NCBI GenBank assembly: GCA_944381615.1
Contig: CALWLT010000039.1
Location: forward strand, 34,278-98,277
Source of the DNA: an uncultured Lachnospiraceae bacterium
GTDB taxonomy: Bacteria; Bacillota; Clostridia; Lachnospirales; Lachnospiraceae
DNA: 64,000 nucleotides
Direction: 5' to 3'
In this document: piece after piece, positions 38,540 through 47,832 of the stretch
How the letters are laid out: each line of letters opens with the position of its first letter
How positions within the stretch are numbered: the stretch's first letter is position 1
The notes under the pieces: generated by a model
Told to the model about the DNA's origin: nothing
The model's database searches: none
The model's input: the letters and a program-made list of their open reading frames with translations, nothing else
Made by a program: the position numbers and the translations under genes

Positions 38540-39445
38540 ATGAAGCCGGTTGATCTGCATGTCCACTCTACTGCTTCCGACGGCACGCTTTCGCCCGCCC
38601 GGCTGGTCCGCCTCGCCGCAGAAAGCGGCCTGTCCGCCTTCGCCCTGACGGATCACGACACGGTCGCGGGAGTACAGGAAGCGCTCTGCGCCGCCCGGGA
38701 TACGGAGCTTACCGTGATTCCGGGAATTGAATTATCCTGTCCGTATCAGGATCGGGAGCTCCACATCCTGGGGCTGTTTCTTGACTGGCAGGATCCGGCG
38801 CTAAACGGGGCGCTTGCCGCGCTCTGTCAGGCGCGCCGGGCGCGCAACGAGCGCATTCTCTCCCTCTTTCAGCAGGACGGGTTTCCTCTGACCTGGGAGG
38901 ATGTGGCGGGAACGGAGCACGGTTTTGTCATAACCCGCGCGCATTTTGCCCGCGCGCTTCTGAAACGGGGCTGCGTTTCCTCCATGAACGAAGCCTTTGT
39001 CCGCTATCTGGATCCGGGAAAAAAGTATTTCCTGCCCAAAGAGGCCCTGGATCCGGAGCAGGCCATCCGCCTGATCCGCAGCGCCGGCGGGTTTCCCGCG
39101 CTGGCACACCCACTCCAGTACCGCCTGGGATGGACCGGCCTTAACGCGCTTCTTTCCTATTTAAAAGAGCGCGGGCTGGCGGGACTGGAAGTATACTATT
39201 CCTCCCACACGGCCGGCGACACCGTCCGGCTGCGCGAATCGGCCCGCCGCTTCGGTCTTCTGGAAACCGGCGGTTCGGATTTCCACGGCGCGAACAAACC
39301 GGACATCCGGCTCGGGACCGGCCGCGGCAGTCTGCGCGTGCCGCCGCACCTGCCCGACGCGATCAGGGCGTATCTGTCTTCCGCCGTTTCGCCCACTGGA
39401 AAATGCAGTCTCCCAGACTCTCCGCCGAAGGCGTCTCTGCCGTAA
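38540..39445 (+). CDS. PHP-domain metal-dependent phosphoesterase (TrpH/YciV-like)
   Basis: VDLHVHSTASDG, ALTDHDT, PGIELS, HILG, LAHP, GGSDFHG. Confidence 0.93.
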   Translation: MKPVDLHVHSTASDGTLSPARLVRLAAESGLSAFALTDHDTVAGVQEALCAARDTELTVIPGIELSCPYQDRELHILGLFLDWQDPALNGALAALCQARRARNERILSLFQQDGFPLTWEDVAGTEHGFVITRAHFARALLKRGCVSSMNEAFVRYLDPGKKYFLPKEALDPEQAIRLIRSAGGFPALAHPLQYRLGWTGLNALLSYLKERGLAGLEVYYSSHTAGDTVRLRESARRFGLLETGGSDFHGANKPDIRLGTGRGSLRVPPHLPDAIRAYLSSAVSPTGKCSLPDSPPKASLP

Positions 39446-42257
39446 GGACCCGCCCGAATCCGGCCTCTCTCGCCGCCCTTTCCGTCTCCCGCCCGATGCA
39501 GGCCGCCGTCAGGCGGCCCGGCCGGACCTTCTCTCCCATCAGGCCGAGAAAACCGCGCACCGTCGAGGCGCTCGTGAAAAGGACCAGATCGATGCCGTCC
39601 TCTGAACACAGCGCGCCGATCCGCCGGGACAGCGGGCCGGGCCCGGCCATCCGCGTCTCATAAAGCGCAACCTCCTCGAACAGGCAGCCGGCCGCTGAAA
39701 GTGCGTCCGTCAGCGCCGGCGACCCGTCCCTCGCGCGGCAGATCAGAATCCGCTCCTCACGGCCCGCCAGGCGGGCCAGGCCTCTTCCCAGCTCGCCCGC
39801 GTAGGCCGTCTGCGGCAGGTAATCTGCGAAAAGCCCCCTCTTTTTCAGCTCCGCCTCCGTCCCGTGCCCGATCGCCGCGATGCGCAGATGGAACAGACGG
39901 CGCAGATCCAGGCGCCGCCGGGAAAGCCCGTCAAAAAAGCAGGCTACGCCCGAGGGGCTGGTAAAGACGAGCCAGTCAAAGCATTCCATCCGGGAAAGCG
40001 CTCGGTCAAGATCCGGATTTTCCTCCCCGTTCTCTCCGAGCGGCGCGATCTCGATCGCCGACAGCTCCAGGACCTCCGCCCCGCCGTCCCTGAGCCGTTC
40101 GGCCAGCGCCGGATCGCGATCCCGCGGGCGCGTCGTAACGATCCGAAGCCCGGCCAGGGGGCGCGTCCCGGCCCAGCTGCATTCCCCGGCCAGGCGGCAG
40201 ACCTTGCCGGCAATCAGCAGGGCCGGCGCCCGGATGCCCGCCTTTTTCGCGTCCTCTGCCAGGCGATCCAGCACAGAGAACACCGTTTTTTCCGACGCCA
40301 GCGTCCCGTCCTGAATAAAGGCGGCCGGCGTCTGCGGATCCATGCCGCCTTCGATGAGGCCGCGGCAGATGGCTTCCGCCTCCGAAACGCCCATCAGGAC
40401 GCAGACCGTCCCCTTCTTTTCCGGATCCTGTGCCCGGCCCGGCCCGGCCGGCGCCGCCCGGTGTCCCGTCAGGATATGGACGCAGGAGGAAAGCCCCCGG
40501 TGGGTAACCGGGATCCCGGCCCAGGCGGGAACCGCCAGCGAAGCGCTTACGCCCGGCACCACCTCGAACGGGATCCCGGCCTGCTTTAATGCCTGCGCCT
40601 CCTCCCCGCCGCGGCCGAAGAGGAACGGATCGCCGCCCTTTAAGCGGACGACCTGCTTTCCCTCCCTGGCCTTTTGAATCAGGATCCGCTGAATTTCTTC
40701 CTGCGGACAGGAATGGCGGCCGCTCCGCTTGCCGACGTCGATCGCCTCCGCCTCCTTCGGGATCAGTCCCAGAACCCCGGTTCCCGCCAGCGCGTCGTAG
40801 ACCACGGTGTCCGCCCGTTCCAGAAGCGTCCTGGCACGGACGGTCAGAAGTCCCGCGTCGCCGGGGCCCGCGCCCACGAGGTAGACCGCGCCGCCCTTCA
40901 CACGCGCCGCCAGCCGTCTTCCCAGCCCGGCCGCATCCGCCGGCTCTCCCGCCAGCGTTTCCGTTTTCCCCTCCCCGGATTTCTCATCGTAGTAAAAGCC
41001 TGTCAGCTCCAGAATCCCGTCCCGGATGACCGACACGGCGGCCGTCGGCAGGCTGCAGCCTCCGCCCAGCGCCCGCACGAAGCTCTGTTCGGCTTCGGCC
41101 ATGGCGCGCGAGGCCGCGTCGTCGATGCCTCTCACAAAGTCCCAGCCGTCCCTCCGGCCCTGGACGGCCAGGATCCCCTGGCCGGCTGCCGGAATCATCT
41201 CCGTGATCTCCAGGAAACGGCTGATGCGATCCGAGAGCCCCAGGCGCTTTAAGCCGGCCGCCGCCAGGATCAGCGCGTCATATTCGCCGTCGTCCAGCTT
41301 TTTCAAACGCGTCAGGATGTTTCCTCTGACCGGCTTCCACACGGCGTCCGGAAACAGGCGTTTCCCCTGAATCTGACGCCGCCGGCTGGACGTCCCGATG
41401 ACCGGCGAGGGGGGAAGCGCGGCGAGATCCCGGCGCAGCACCAGGACGTCGCGGCAGTCCTCCCGCGGCAGGCAGGCCAGAACCGGCAGCTCCTCCGGCG
41501 TGTGAAGCGGCATGTCCTTTAGAGAATGCACGGTCAGATCGCAGCGTTCTTCCCGCAGCGCGCGGTCCAGCTCGCCGACGAAGAGGCCGCGTCCCCCGAT
41601 CTCATCCAGCGGCCGGTCCTGAATCCGATCGCCCTTCGTCTTCATGGGAATCAGCTCCAGCTCCGCCTGCGGGCAGAGCGCCTGAAGCGCCTGCATCGCC
41701 AGCCGGGACTGCGCGATCGCCAGCGCGCTCTCCCGGCTGGCCACACGGATACGAAACGAAGCCGCATCCGGGAGATCCGATCCGGCCGCGGCGCCCGCCG
41801 CCCGCAGAAAACGTCTGAGCTCGCCCGCCGCCCGCCGCGTCAGCGCGTGATCCGCGCCGTCCCCGACGATCCCGGCCGTCAGCGCGCCAAAACGGGCGAT
41901 CCCCGGGAAATAAAAATCCGATCGCCGGCGATCGTTCGCCAGGTTAAAAAACGAGCCGCGGCGTTTCGCATCTTCGCCCGCCAGCGCATCCGCCTGATTC
42001 CCGGACGCGGCTAGCACCAGGAAAAACGGCTCTTCCCGGTCAAGCTGTTCTCTCCAGTCCTCATAGCGCCCCTTGAAGAGGCGGATCCGCCCCTCTGCCG
42101 CCAGCTTCCGGATTTCCGGACGGACCTCGCAGGATACCACCGTGAGATCCGCGCCGAATTCTTCCAGTGCCGCGATCCGCCGCGCGCCGACGGCGCCCGC
42201 GCCGACAACCAGGACTCTTCTGCCCTGCAATTCAAAAAAAAGCGGGAAAACTGCCAT
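39363..42257 (-). CDS. Four-domain fusion: precorrin-2 dehydrogenase (SirC/Met8-like) + porphobilinogen deaminase (HemC) + uroporphyrinogen-III methyltransferase (CobA) + uroporphyrinogen-III synthase (HemD)
   Basis: One stop-free frame: VLVVGAGAVG.RR (NAD-binding); SRES.LA..Q, VHSLKDMP, RGN..TRL.KL, LGGGCSLP; VYLVGAGPGD.GLLT, RLKGGDPFLFGRGGEE, VPGVS; L.G.RIVTTRP, FTSPSGV, AAIG.GT, LFTSASTV. Confidence 0.93.
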   Translation of the reverse strand: MAVFPLFFELQGRRVLVVGAGAVGARRIAALEEFGADLTVVSCEVRPEIRKLAAEGRIRLFKGRYEDWREQLDREEPFFLVLAASGNQADALAGEDAKRRGSFFNLANDRRRSDFYFPGIARFGALTAGIVGDGADHALTRRAAGELRRFLRAAGAAAGSDLPDAASFRIRVASRESALAIAQSRLAMQALQALCPQAELELIPMKTKGDRIQDRPLDEIGGRGLFVGELDRALREERCDLTVHSLKDMPLHTPEELPVLACLPREDCRDVLVLRRDLAALPPSPVIGTSSRRRQIQGKRLFPDAVWKPVRGNILTRLKKLDDGEYDALILAAAGLKRLGLSDRISRFLEITEMIPAAGQGILAVQGRRDGWDFVRGIDDAASRAMAEAEQSFVRALGGGCSLPTAAVSVIRDGILELTGFYYDEKSGEGKTETLAGEPADAAGLGRRLAARVKGGAVYLVGAGPGDAGLLTVRARTLLERADTVVYDALAGTGVLGLIPKEAEAIDVGKRSGRHSCPQEEIQRILIQKAREGKQVVRLKGGDPFLFGRGGEEAQALKQAGIPFEVVPGVSASLAVPAWAGIPVTHRGLSSCVHILTGHRAAPAGPGRAQDPEKKGTVCVLMGVSEAEAICRGLIEGGMDPQTPAAFIQDGTLASEKTVFSVLDRLAEDAKKAGIRAPALLIAGKVCRLAGECSWAGTRPLAGLRIVTTRPRDRDPALAERLRDGGAEVLELSAIEIAPLGENGEENPDLDRALSRMECFDWLVFTSPSGVACFFDGLSRRRLDLRRLFHLRIAAIGHGTEAELKKRGLFADYLPQTAYAGELGRGLARLAGREERILICRARDGSPALTDALSAAGCLFEEVALYETRMAGPGPLSRRIGALCSEDGIDLVLFTSASTVRGFLGLMGEKVRPGRLTAACIGRETERAAREAGFGRVLTAETPSAESLGDCIFQWAKRRKTDTP

Positions 42258-42366
42258 AGCTCCTCCATCTCTTTTCACAAACCAAATGCTGTCTCTGCCG
42301 GACGTTCCCTGTTTTTTTCACAGGAAACGCCGTCCCTTTTCAAACGATTTTCGTGGATCCTGATCC

Positions 42367-42417
42367 TTGTGCCCGCGGCTTCCTTTTGCTATAATCTAAT
42401 TGTTAAAATATTAACCA
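42367..42417 (+). promoter_or_regulatory. Promoter of the HPr-like gene with Rex-like operator
   Basis: TGcTATAAT extended -10 (42387-42395), then TTGTTAAAATATTAACCA (42400-42417), 1 mismatch to the Rex consensus. Confidence 0.75.
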
Positions 42418-42442
42418 TCAAAAAACAAAAAGGAGGGATCGC

Positions 42443-42679
42443 ATGAAGATTCAGAACATTACGGACGTCGATCAGTTTTTTAAGGCGATCGACGAATGCA
42501 AGGGCACGGTGGAACTGGTCTCCCCGGAAGGCGACCGCATCAACCTCAAATCGAAGCTGGCTCAGTATCTCTCGATGGCCAACATCTTCTCCAACGGCTA
42601 CATCAAAGAGCTGGAACTGGTCGCCTACAACAAAGAAGACGTGGATCGCCTGATCCGGTTTATGTACGAGGGCAGCTAA
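42443..42679 (+). CDS. Small HPr-fold-like protein lacking His
   Basis: AAGGAGG RBS; FFKAIDECKGTVEL...INLKS pattern aligns by eye with the HPr FV..A..F.S.I.L....NAKS pattern. Confidence 0.8.
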   Translation: MKIQNITDVDQFFKAIDECKGTVELVSPEGDRINLKSKLAQYLSMANIFSNGYIKELELVAYNKEDVDRLIRFMYEGS

Positions 42680-42714
42680 CCCCTGCCCTCCGTTTCTTTT
42701 TTCATTTCTTCTAT

Positions 42715-43953
42715 TTATATTTCTTCCGCTTTTTCTCTGTCCTGTTTTTCCCCATCTTTGCTTTCTTCTGCGCCCGCGCGCTCCGCTTGTTCCGGCTCTT
42801 TCGCCTCCGCCCGCTTTTTCAGCTGCCGGTTTACATCCTCCCTCAGAAGCGTGTAAAACACGGAGCAGAGCGGGATGAATACCAGCATGCCGATGATTCC
42901 CAGCATACTGCCGCCAATGGACACCGCCGCCAGCACCCAGATGGAAGGAAGGCCCACGGAATTTCCCACGACGTGCGGATAAATGAGATTTCCCTCAATC
43001 TGCTGCAGGACAAAGAAAATAACCACGAACCACAGGGCCTGAATGGGGCTGACCATCAGCATCAGGAAAATGCCGATGGCGCAGCCGATCCACGCGCCGA
43101 AGATCGGGATCAGAGCCGTAAAGGCGATCAGCACGCCGATCAGGAGCGCATACGGAAAATGAAACAGCGACAGCGTCACGAAAAACATGGTCCCCAGGAT
43201 CACGGCCTCCACGCACTGCCCCGTCAGAAAACGGGAAAAGCTCTGCTCGGTCAGACGCGCCACCCGCAGGATCCCGGTTACCGCCGGCTCCGGAAGGTAC
43301 GCCGAGAGAAGCTTGCGGATCTGGCGGATCAGCGTTTCTTTCTGCAGGAGAACGTAGATCGCAAAAATAAAGGCGATACTGAACGTCGTCAGACCGCTGG
43401 CGATGGACACCGCCGCCGACATGGTGGAGGAAAGTACCGTCCCCGCCCCGGTCGTCACGAACCCGGCCAGCCTCTCAAAGGTCTGCCGCCAGTCCATCTG
43501 AAAATCAAAGGACTGCACATACGAAAGAATCTCGGGATACGCGGTAAACGTCTCCTCCAGCATGGACTGGATATTGCGCAGAAAGCGCGGGATGACCATC
43601 CCCAGCGTTAACAGCGTCTGCGTCAGCTGCGGCGCGACCACAAAGAGGACCACGGCCAGGATCAGCAGGACGAACACCAGCGCCGCGATCAGGGAAAACG
43701 GCCGTCTCCAGCGGCCGCGCCGCCCCTTCTGATCCGGGCCCCCGCCCGGAAGCGAGCGCTCGATGCAGCGCATGGGAACATTCAGGATAAACGCGATGGC
43801 CCCGCCCATGAAAAACGGAAAGAGCAGGCGGAAAATCCAGCCGAAAAAATCCAGCACGCGCTCGAAGCGCAGCGCCAGCCCCAGCAGGACGACCGTATAA
43901 AAAATCAGCAGCAGCATCCGTTTCATCGCATCGCGGTTCAGGTTCATTTTCAT
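42715..43953 (-). CDS. AI-2E family transporter (PerM-like)
   Basis: PFFMGGAIAFILNVP, LIPIFGAWIG, LQQIEGNLIYPHVVGNSVGL. Confidence 0.93.
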   Translation of the reverse strand: MKMNLNRDAMKRMLLLIFYTVVLLGLALRFERVLDFFGWIFRLLFPFFMGGAIAFILNVPMRCIERSLPGGGPDQKGRRGRWRRPFSLIAALVFVLLILAVVLFVVAPQLTQTLLTLGMVIPRFLRNIQSMLEETFTAYPEILSYVQSFDFQMDWRQTFERLAGFVTTGAGTVLSSTMSAAVSIASGLTTFSIAFIFAIYVLLQKETLIRQIRKLLSAYLPEPAVTGILRVARLTEQSFSRFLTGQCVEAVILGTMFFVTLSLFHFPYALLIGVLIAFTALIPIFGAWIGCAIGIFLMLMVSPIQALWFVVIFFVLQQIEGNLIYPHVVGNSVGLPSIWVLAAVSIGGSMLGIIGMLVFIPLCSVFYTLLREDVNRQLKKRAEAKEPEQAERAGAEESKDGEKQDREKAEEI

Positions 43954-45116
43954 GTCTCCTCCGGACAGATTTCGTAAAAACAGCGCCGGATTTTCTCCCA
44001 CGGCGCATGGAAGGTCCCCTGGATCATCTGGCTGCTTCCGCCGCCCCGCCCGTCCAGTTTTTCATTCAGAATCTTCCCCGGCGCGCGCAGATCAACGCTG
44101 CGGGAGGCGGCGCAGTAGCTGTAGCCCGTCTGATCGTCTCCGGTGCACACCAACAGCAAATCCGCCTTCTGCTTCTCCATCAGGCAGTTGCAGAAAAACC
44201 GCAGCTGCGTCGGCGGGAGATCCGGCTCGCAGATCGCCAGCGCCGGGCCGGATTCGGGAATCCGCTCCGCCAGGCTTTCAAAGAGGCGGCGGTAGAGTGC
44301 CGCCATCGCCATGTCCTTCTGCCCGTTCTCCTCTTTCAGGCGGCGGACCGCCTGCGCAAGGCGCGCGGCCGGCGCGGACAAAAGCGAAGAAAGCTCCAGG
44401 ATCTCGTCCGTCTTCCTCTCGTAATCCTCCAGGGCGCGCATCCCGCAGAGCATCGCCGCGCGCACGCCGCCCTTGTAATTCATCAGAGAAAGAAATTTGA
44501 CCGCCCCGATCTCTCCCGTCCGCCGCACATGCGTGCCGCAGCAGGCGCAGCAGTCCGCCTGCGGGATCTCCACAATCCTTACCGGCCCGTCGATCTCTTT
44601 CTTGCTCCGGTAATCCAGCGTCTCAAGCTCCCGGCGGGACGGATAGGTAACCCGGACCGGGAGATCCTGCCAGATAACCCGGTTTGCCTCCCGCTCCGCC
44701 TCCATCAGCTGTTCCCAGGTAAGCGGCCCGTCGAAATCGACGGTTACCTCCTCATGCCCCATGTGAAAGCCCACATTGTGATAGCCGAACCTCCGGCAGA
44801 TGATGCCGGAAGCGATGTGTTCCCCCGAATGGAGCTGCATATGGGAAAAGCGCCGTTCCCAGTCAATGATCCCGTGCACGCAGGCGCCCTCCTCCAGCGG
44901 CCGGTCCAGCGTGTGGAGGATGCGCCCGCCCCGCTCCTGTACATCCAAAACGCGCGCGCCGCCCAGGCTGCCCGCATCGGCCGGCTGTCCGCCGCCCTCC
45001 GGGTAAAACGCCGTCCGGTCCAGCTCGGCCTCAAAGCCCGCCTTACACGGCCGACAGGCGGTAACCCGCGCGTCAAATTCCGTCTGATACGGATCCGCGT
45101 CAAAGATACGTTCCAT
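43950..45116 (-). CDS. Alanyl-tRNA editing protein (AlaX-like) with DHHA1 domain
   Basis: LDRTAFYPEGGGQP.D.G, HMQLHSGEH (HxxxH), CACCGTHV, C-terminal GRGGG. Confidence 0.9.
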   Translation of the reverse strand: MERIFDADPYQTEFDARVTACRPCKAGFEAELDRTAFYPEGGGQPADAGSLGGARVLDVQERGGRILHTLDRPLEEGACVHGIIDWERRFSHMQLHSGEHIASGIICRRFGYHNVGFHMGHEEVTVDFDGPLTWEQLMEAEREANRVIWQDLPVRVTYPSRRELETLDYRSKKEIDGPVRIVEIPQADCCACCGTHVRRTGEIGAVKFLSLMNYKGGVRAAMLCGMRALEDYERKTDEILELSSLLSAPAARLAQAVRRLKEENGQKDMAMAALYRRLFESLAERIPESGPALAICEPDLPPTQLRFFCNCLMEKQKADLLLVCTGDDQTGYSYCAASRSVDLRAPGKILNEKLDGRGGGSSQMIQGTFHAPWEKIRRCFYEICPEET

Positions 45117-45204
45117 GCTGTTTCGTCCTCTCCTTCTCTACTATTATACACAAGTTTGTCCCGGATTCAATCGGCATCCCCGCAAAATAATTTGAAAATC
45201 CGGA

Positions 45205-45232
45205 AACAGTGGCAAGCCGGGCGTCATAAGAT
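45205..45232 (+). promoter_or_regulatory. SigK-type sporulation promoter
   Basis: AACA-N16-CATAAGAT matches mACm-N16-CATAnnnT. Confidence 0.6.
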
Positions 45233-45265
45233 GAAGTGTAAAGAAAATCTCGGAGGAATTAACGT

Positions 45266-45508
45266 ATGAGTGATTTGGCGGCGACAAACTGCGGATGTGG
45301 ATGCGAGAGCAGCACAAACGGCTGCGGCTGCAACATCATCTTCCTGATTCTCATTTTACTTTGCTGCTGCGGTGGCGGCGGCTGCTTTGAACATAACTGC
45401 GGCGGCAGCTGTGGCGGCGGCTTTAACGGCGGCTGCGAATGGCTGATCTGGATCCTGATCCTGTGCTGCTGCTGCGGAAACGGAAACGGGGGCGGCTTCT
45501 GCTGCTAA
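45266..45508 (+). CDS. Cys/Gly-rich small protein, putative spore-surface protein
   Basis: GGAGG RBS; 80 aa with 18 Cys and 20 Gly; two hydrophobic segments each ending in a Cys run. Confidence 0.85.
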   Translation: MSDLAATNCGCGCESSTNGCGCNIIFLILILLCCCGGGGCFEHNCGGSCGGGFNGGCEWLIWILILCCCCGNGNGGGFCC

Positions 45509-45584
45509 TCCCGTAATCCGAAGGACGCCGCGGGTTTTCCGGCCCGCAGCCTGCCGGGCGCCGCATTCTGGCGGCGCCCCCTTA

Positions 45585-46268
45585 TCATTTCCCGCCGCGG
45601 ACAAGCTGATAGAGCAGGGCATTGCAGATGGCGGCGGCCACATTGCTGCCGCCCTTTCTCCCCCGCGCCACAATATAGGGCACACCGGACAGCGTGCAGA
45701 TCAGCTCCTTGGATACCTCGACGTTGACAAAGCCGACCGGGACGCCGATGATCAGCCGCGGATGAAGCCGCCCCTCCCGGATCAGCTCATACAGGCGGAT
45801 CAGGGCCGTCGGCGCATTGCCGACGGCGAAGATCGCATCGCTTCCAAGCTCTGCCGCCTTTTCCATGCTGACCGAGGCCCGCGTGACGCCTTCCCGTGCC
45901 GCTCTTCGCGCCACGTCCGCGTCGGACATAAAGCAGTACGTCCGCCCGCCGAGCGACTCCAGCGCCTTCTTGTTAATTCCCGCCTGCGCCATCCTGGTAT
46001 CCGTCACGATCGGCGTCCCCTGCGCGAGGGCAGAAAGCGCCTTTGAAACCGCCTGCGGGGAAAAGCACAGCGTATCCGCGTACTCAAAATCGGCCGTCGT
46101 GTGGATCACGCGCCGGATTACCGGTTCCTCCTCCGGCAGAAACGTCCGGCCGGCAAGCCCCCGGCTTAAAATGGAAAAGCTTTCCTTCTCGATCTGCTCC
46201 GGAGGCAGGCGGCGCACCTGCCGCAAAAGCGCCTCTCCCCTGTCGTCCGTCTTCTTTCCAGGCTCCAT
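45585..46268 (-). CDS. cbiC: Precorrin-8X/cobalt-precorrin-8 methylmutase
   Basis: IEKESF.I, RVIHTTADF, IVTDT.M..AGI, GNAPTAL, IGVPVGFVNV..SKE, RGRKGGSNVAAAICNAL. Confidence 0.96.
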   Translation of the reverse strand: MEPGKKTDDRGEALLRQVRRLPPEQIEKESFSILSRGLAGRTFLPEEEPVIRRVIHTTADFEYADTLCFSPQAVSKALSALAQGTPIVTDTRMAQAGINKKALESLGGRTYCFMSDADVARRAAREGVTRASVSMEKAAELGSDAIFAVGNAPTALIRLYELIREGRLHPRLIIGVPVGFVNVEVSKELICTLSGVPYIVARGRKGGSNVAAAICNALLYQLVRGGK

Positions 46269-46290
46269 CTGCCGCTCTCTCCTTTTCTTC

Positions 46291-47832
46291 TCAGATTCCC
46301 GCTTCCAGGATCCGGTAAATCGCCTTCAGATCCAGATGCCTGCGCAGCACGGCGGCCAGCCGGTCGTACTGCAGCTCCCGGTAAGCCGCAAAATCGGGCT
46401 GCGCGCCGGTTTTTTGCCCCGCCGGCTCCCCCTTTTGCAGAAGGAGCGTCCGCACGATCTCCTCCGCTACGCCGGGCGCGTCAAAAATCCCGTGTACGTA
46501 CGTGCCGTAGCAATTTTCCGCGCACAGCCCGGCCCCGCGCTCGTCCGTTCTTCCCTCCGCCTGCGTCTCCCGGATCCGGCAGAGCGCATTTGCGGCTTCC
46601 CCGTCGGGAGCGCTCTGCCCCATGTGGATCTCATAGCCTTCCAGGCGCATTCCCGAAAGGCCGTGAAAGAGGCCGGATACCCGGCCAAAGGATCCTCTTA
46701 CTCTCGTGCGGGTCTTTTCCGGGGAAAACGCCGTCCTGACCGGCAGCAAATCCAGTCCGGGCAGGCGGCCCGGCCGGCCGCTCTCCGCCCCTTTACCGTC
46801 CATAAGCTCGCGCCCCATCATCTGATAGCCGCCGCAGATCCCCCACACCGGCGTCCCGCCGGCCGCCAGTCTCTTTACCGCCGCCTCCAGGCCGCTCTCG
46901 CGCAGCCAGAGCCGATCCGCCATGGTATTTTTCGTGCCCGGAAGCACTATCAGATCCGGCTTTCCGAGCTGCGCCGCCTGCGAGACATAGCGCACGCAGA
47001 CGTCCGGCCGCCGCTCAAACACCGCAAAATCGGTAAAATTGGACAGGCGCGGAAAGCGGAGGACGGCCAGATCAATCTGCCCCGGCCCGGCAGGAGGGGC
47101 CTGTTTTTCCAGGCGCGCGCTCAGGCTGTCTTCGTCGTCGATATCGATCTCCATGTACGGCACCACGCCGGTTACCGGGATCCGGCAGAGGCGCTCGATC
47201 AGGTCCACGCCCGAATCGAGTAGCGATCGCTCTCCCCGGAACTTGTTGATGATCAGCCCACGCACCAGGGCGCGCTCCTCCGGCTTCAGCAGCATGACCG
47301 TCCCGTAAAGCTGAGCAAAGACGCCGCCCCGGTCGATGTCTCCCGCAAGAAGCACCGGCGCGCCCGCCCGCTTGGCCATTCCCATATTGACGATGTCGCC
47401 GTCGCTTAAATTGATCTCGGCGGGACTCCCCGCCCCCTCGATCACGATGATATCCGCCTGCTTTTCCAGACGCCCGTACGCCTCCATAATCTGTGGGATC
47501 AGCGTTTTCTTATAACGGAAATACTCCCGGGCCGGCATGACTCCCACCGGGACGCCCCCGACGATGACCTGCGAGCCGGTGTCGCTGGTCGGCTTTAAGA
47601 GAACCGGGTTCATGTCCGCCCGCGGGCTGACGCCGGCCGCCTGCGCCTGCACGGCCTGCGCGCGGCCGATCTCCAGCCCTTCCTCCGTGATATAGGAATT
47701 GAGCGCCATGTTCTGCGCCTTAAACGGCATGACCCGGTAGCCGTCCTGTGAAAAAATGCGGCAGAGCCCCGCCGCCAAAAGACTTTTCCCCGCGTTGGAC
47801 ATCGTGCCCTGAATCATGATTGCCTTCGCCAT
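46291..47832 (-). CDS. cobQ: Cobyric acid synthase
   Basis: IMIQGTMSNAGKS, PFKAQNMALNS, MNPVLLKP, EGAGSPAEINL, GICGGYQM, GTYVHGIFD. Confidence 0.97.
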   Translation of the reverse strand: MAKAIMIQGTMSNAGKSLLAAGLCRIFSQDGYRVMPFKAQNMALNSYITEEGLEIGRAQAVQAQAAGVSPRADMNPVLLKPTSDTGSQVIVGGVPVGVMPAREYFRYKKTLIPQIMEAYGRLEKQADIIVIEGAGSPAEINLSDGDIVNMGMAKRAGAPVLLAGDIDRGGVFAQLYGTVMLLKPEERALVRGLIINKFRGERSLLDSGVDLIERLCRIPVTGVVPYMEIDIDDEDSLSARLEKQAPPAGPGQIDLAVLRFPRLSNFTDFAVFERRPDVCVRYVSQAAQLGKPDLIVLPGTKNTMADRLWLRESGLEAAVKRLAAGGTPVWGICGGYQMMGRELMDGKGAESGRPGRLPGLDLLPVRTAFSPEKTRTRVRGSFGRVSGLFHGLSGMRLEGYEIHMGQSAPDGEAANALCRIRETQAEGRTDERGAGLCAENCYGTYVHGIFDAPGVAEEIVRTLLLQKGEPAGQKTGAQPDFAAYRELQYDRLAAVLRRHLDLKAIYRILEAGI

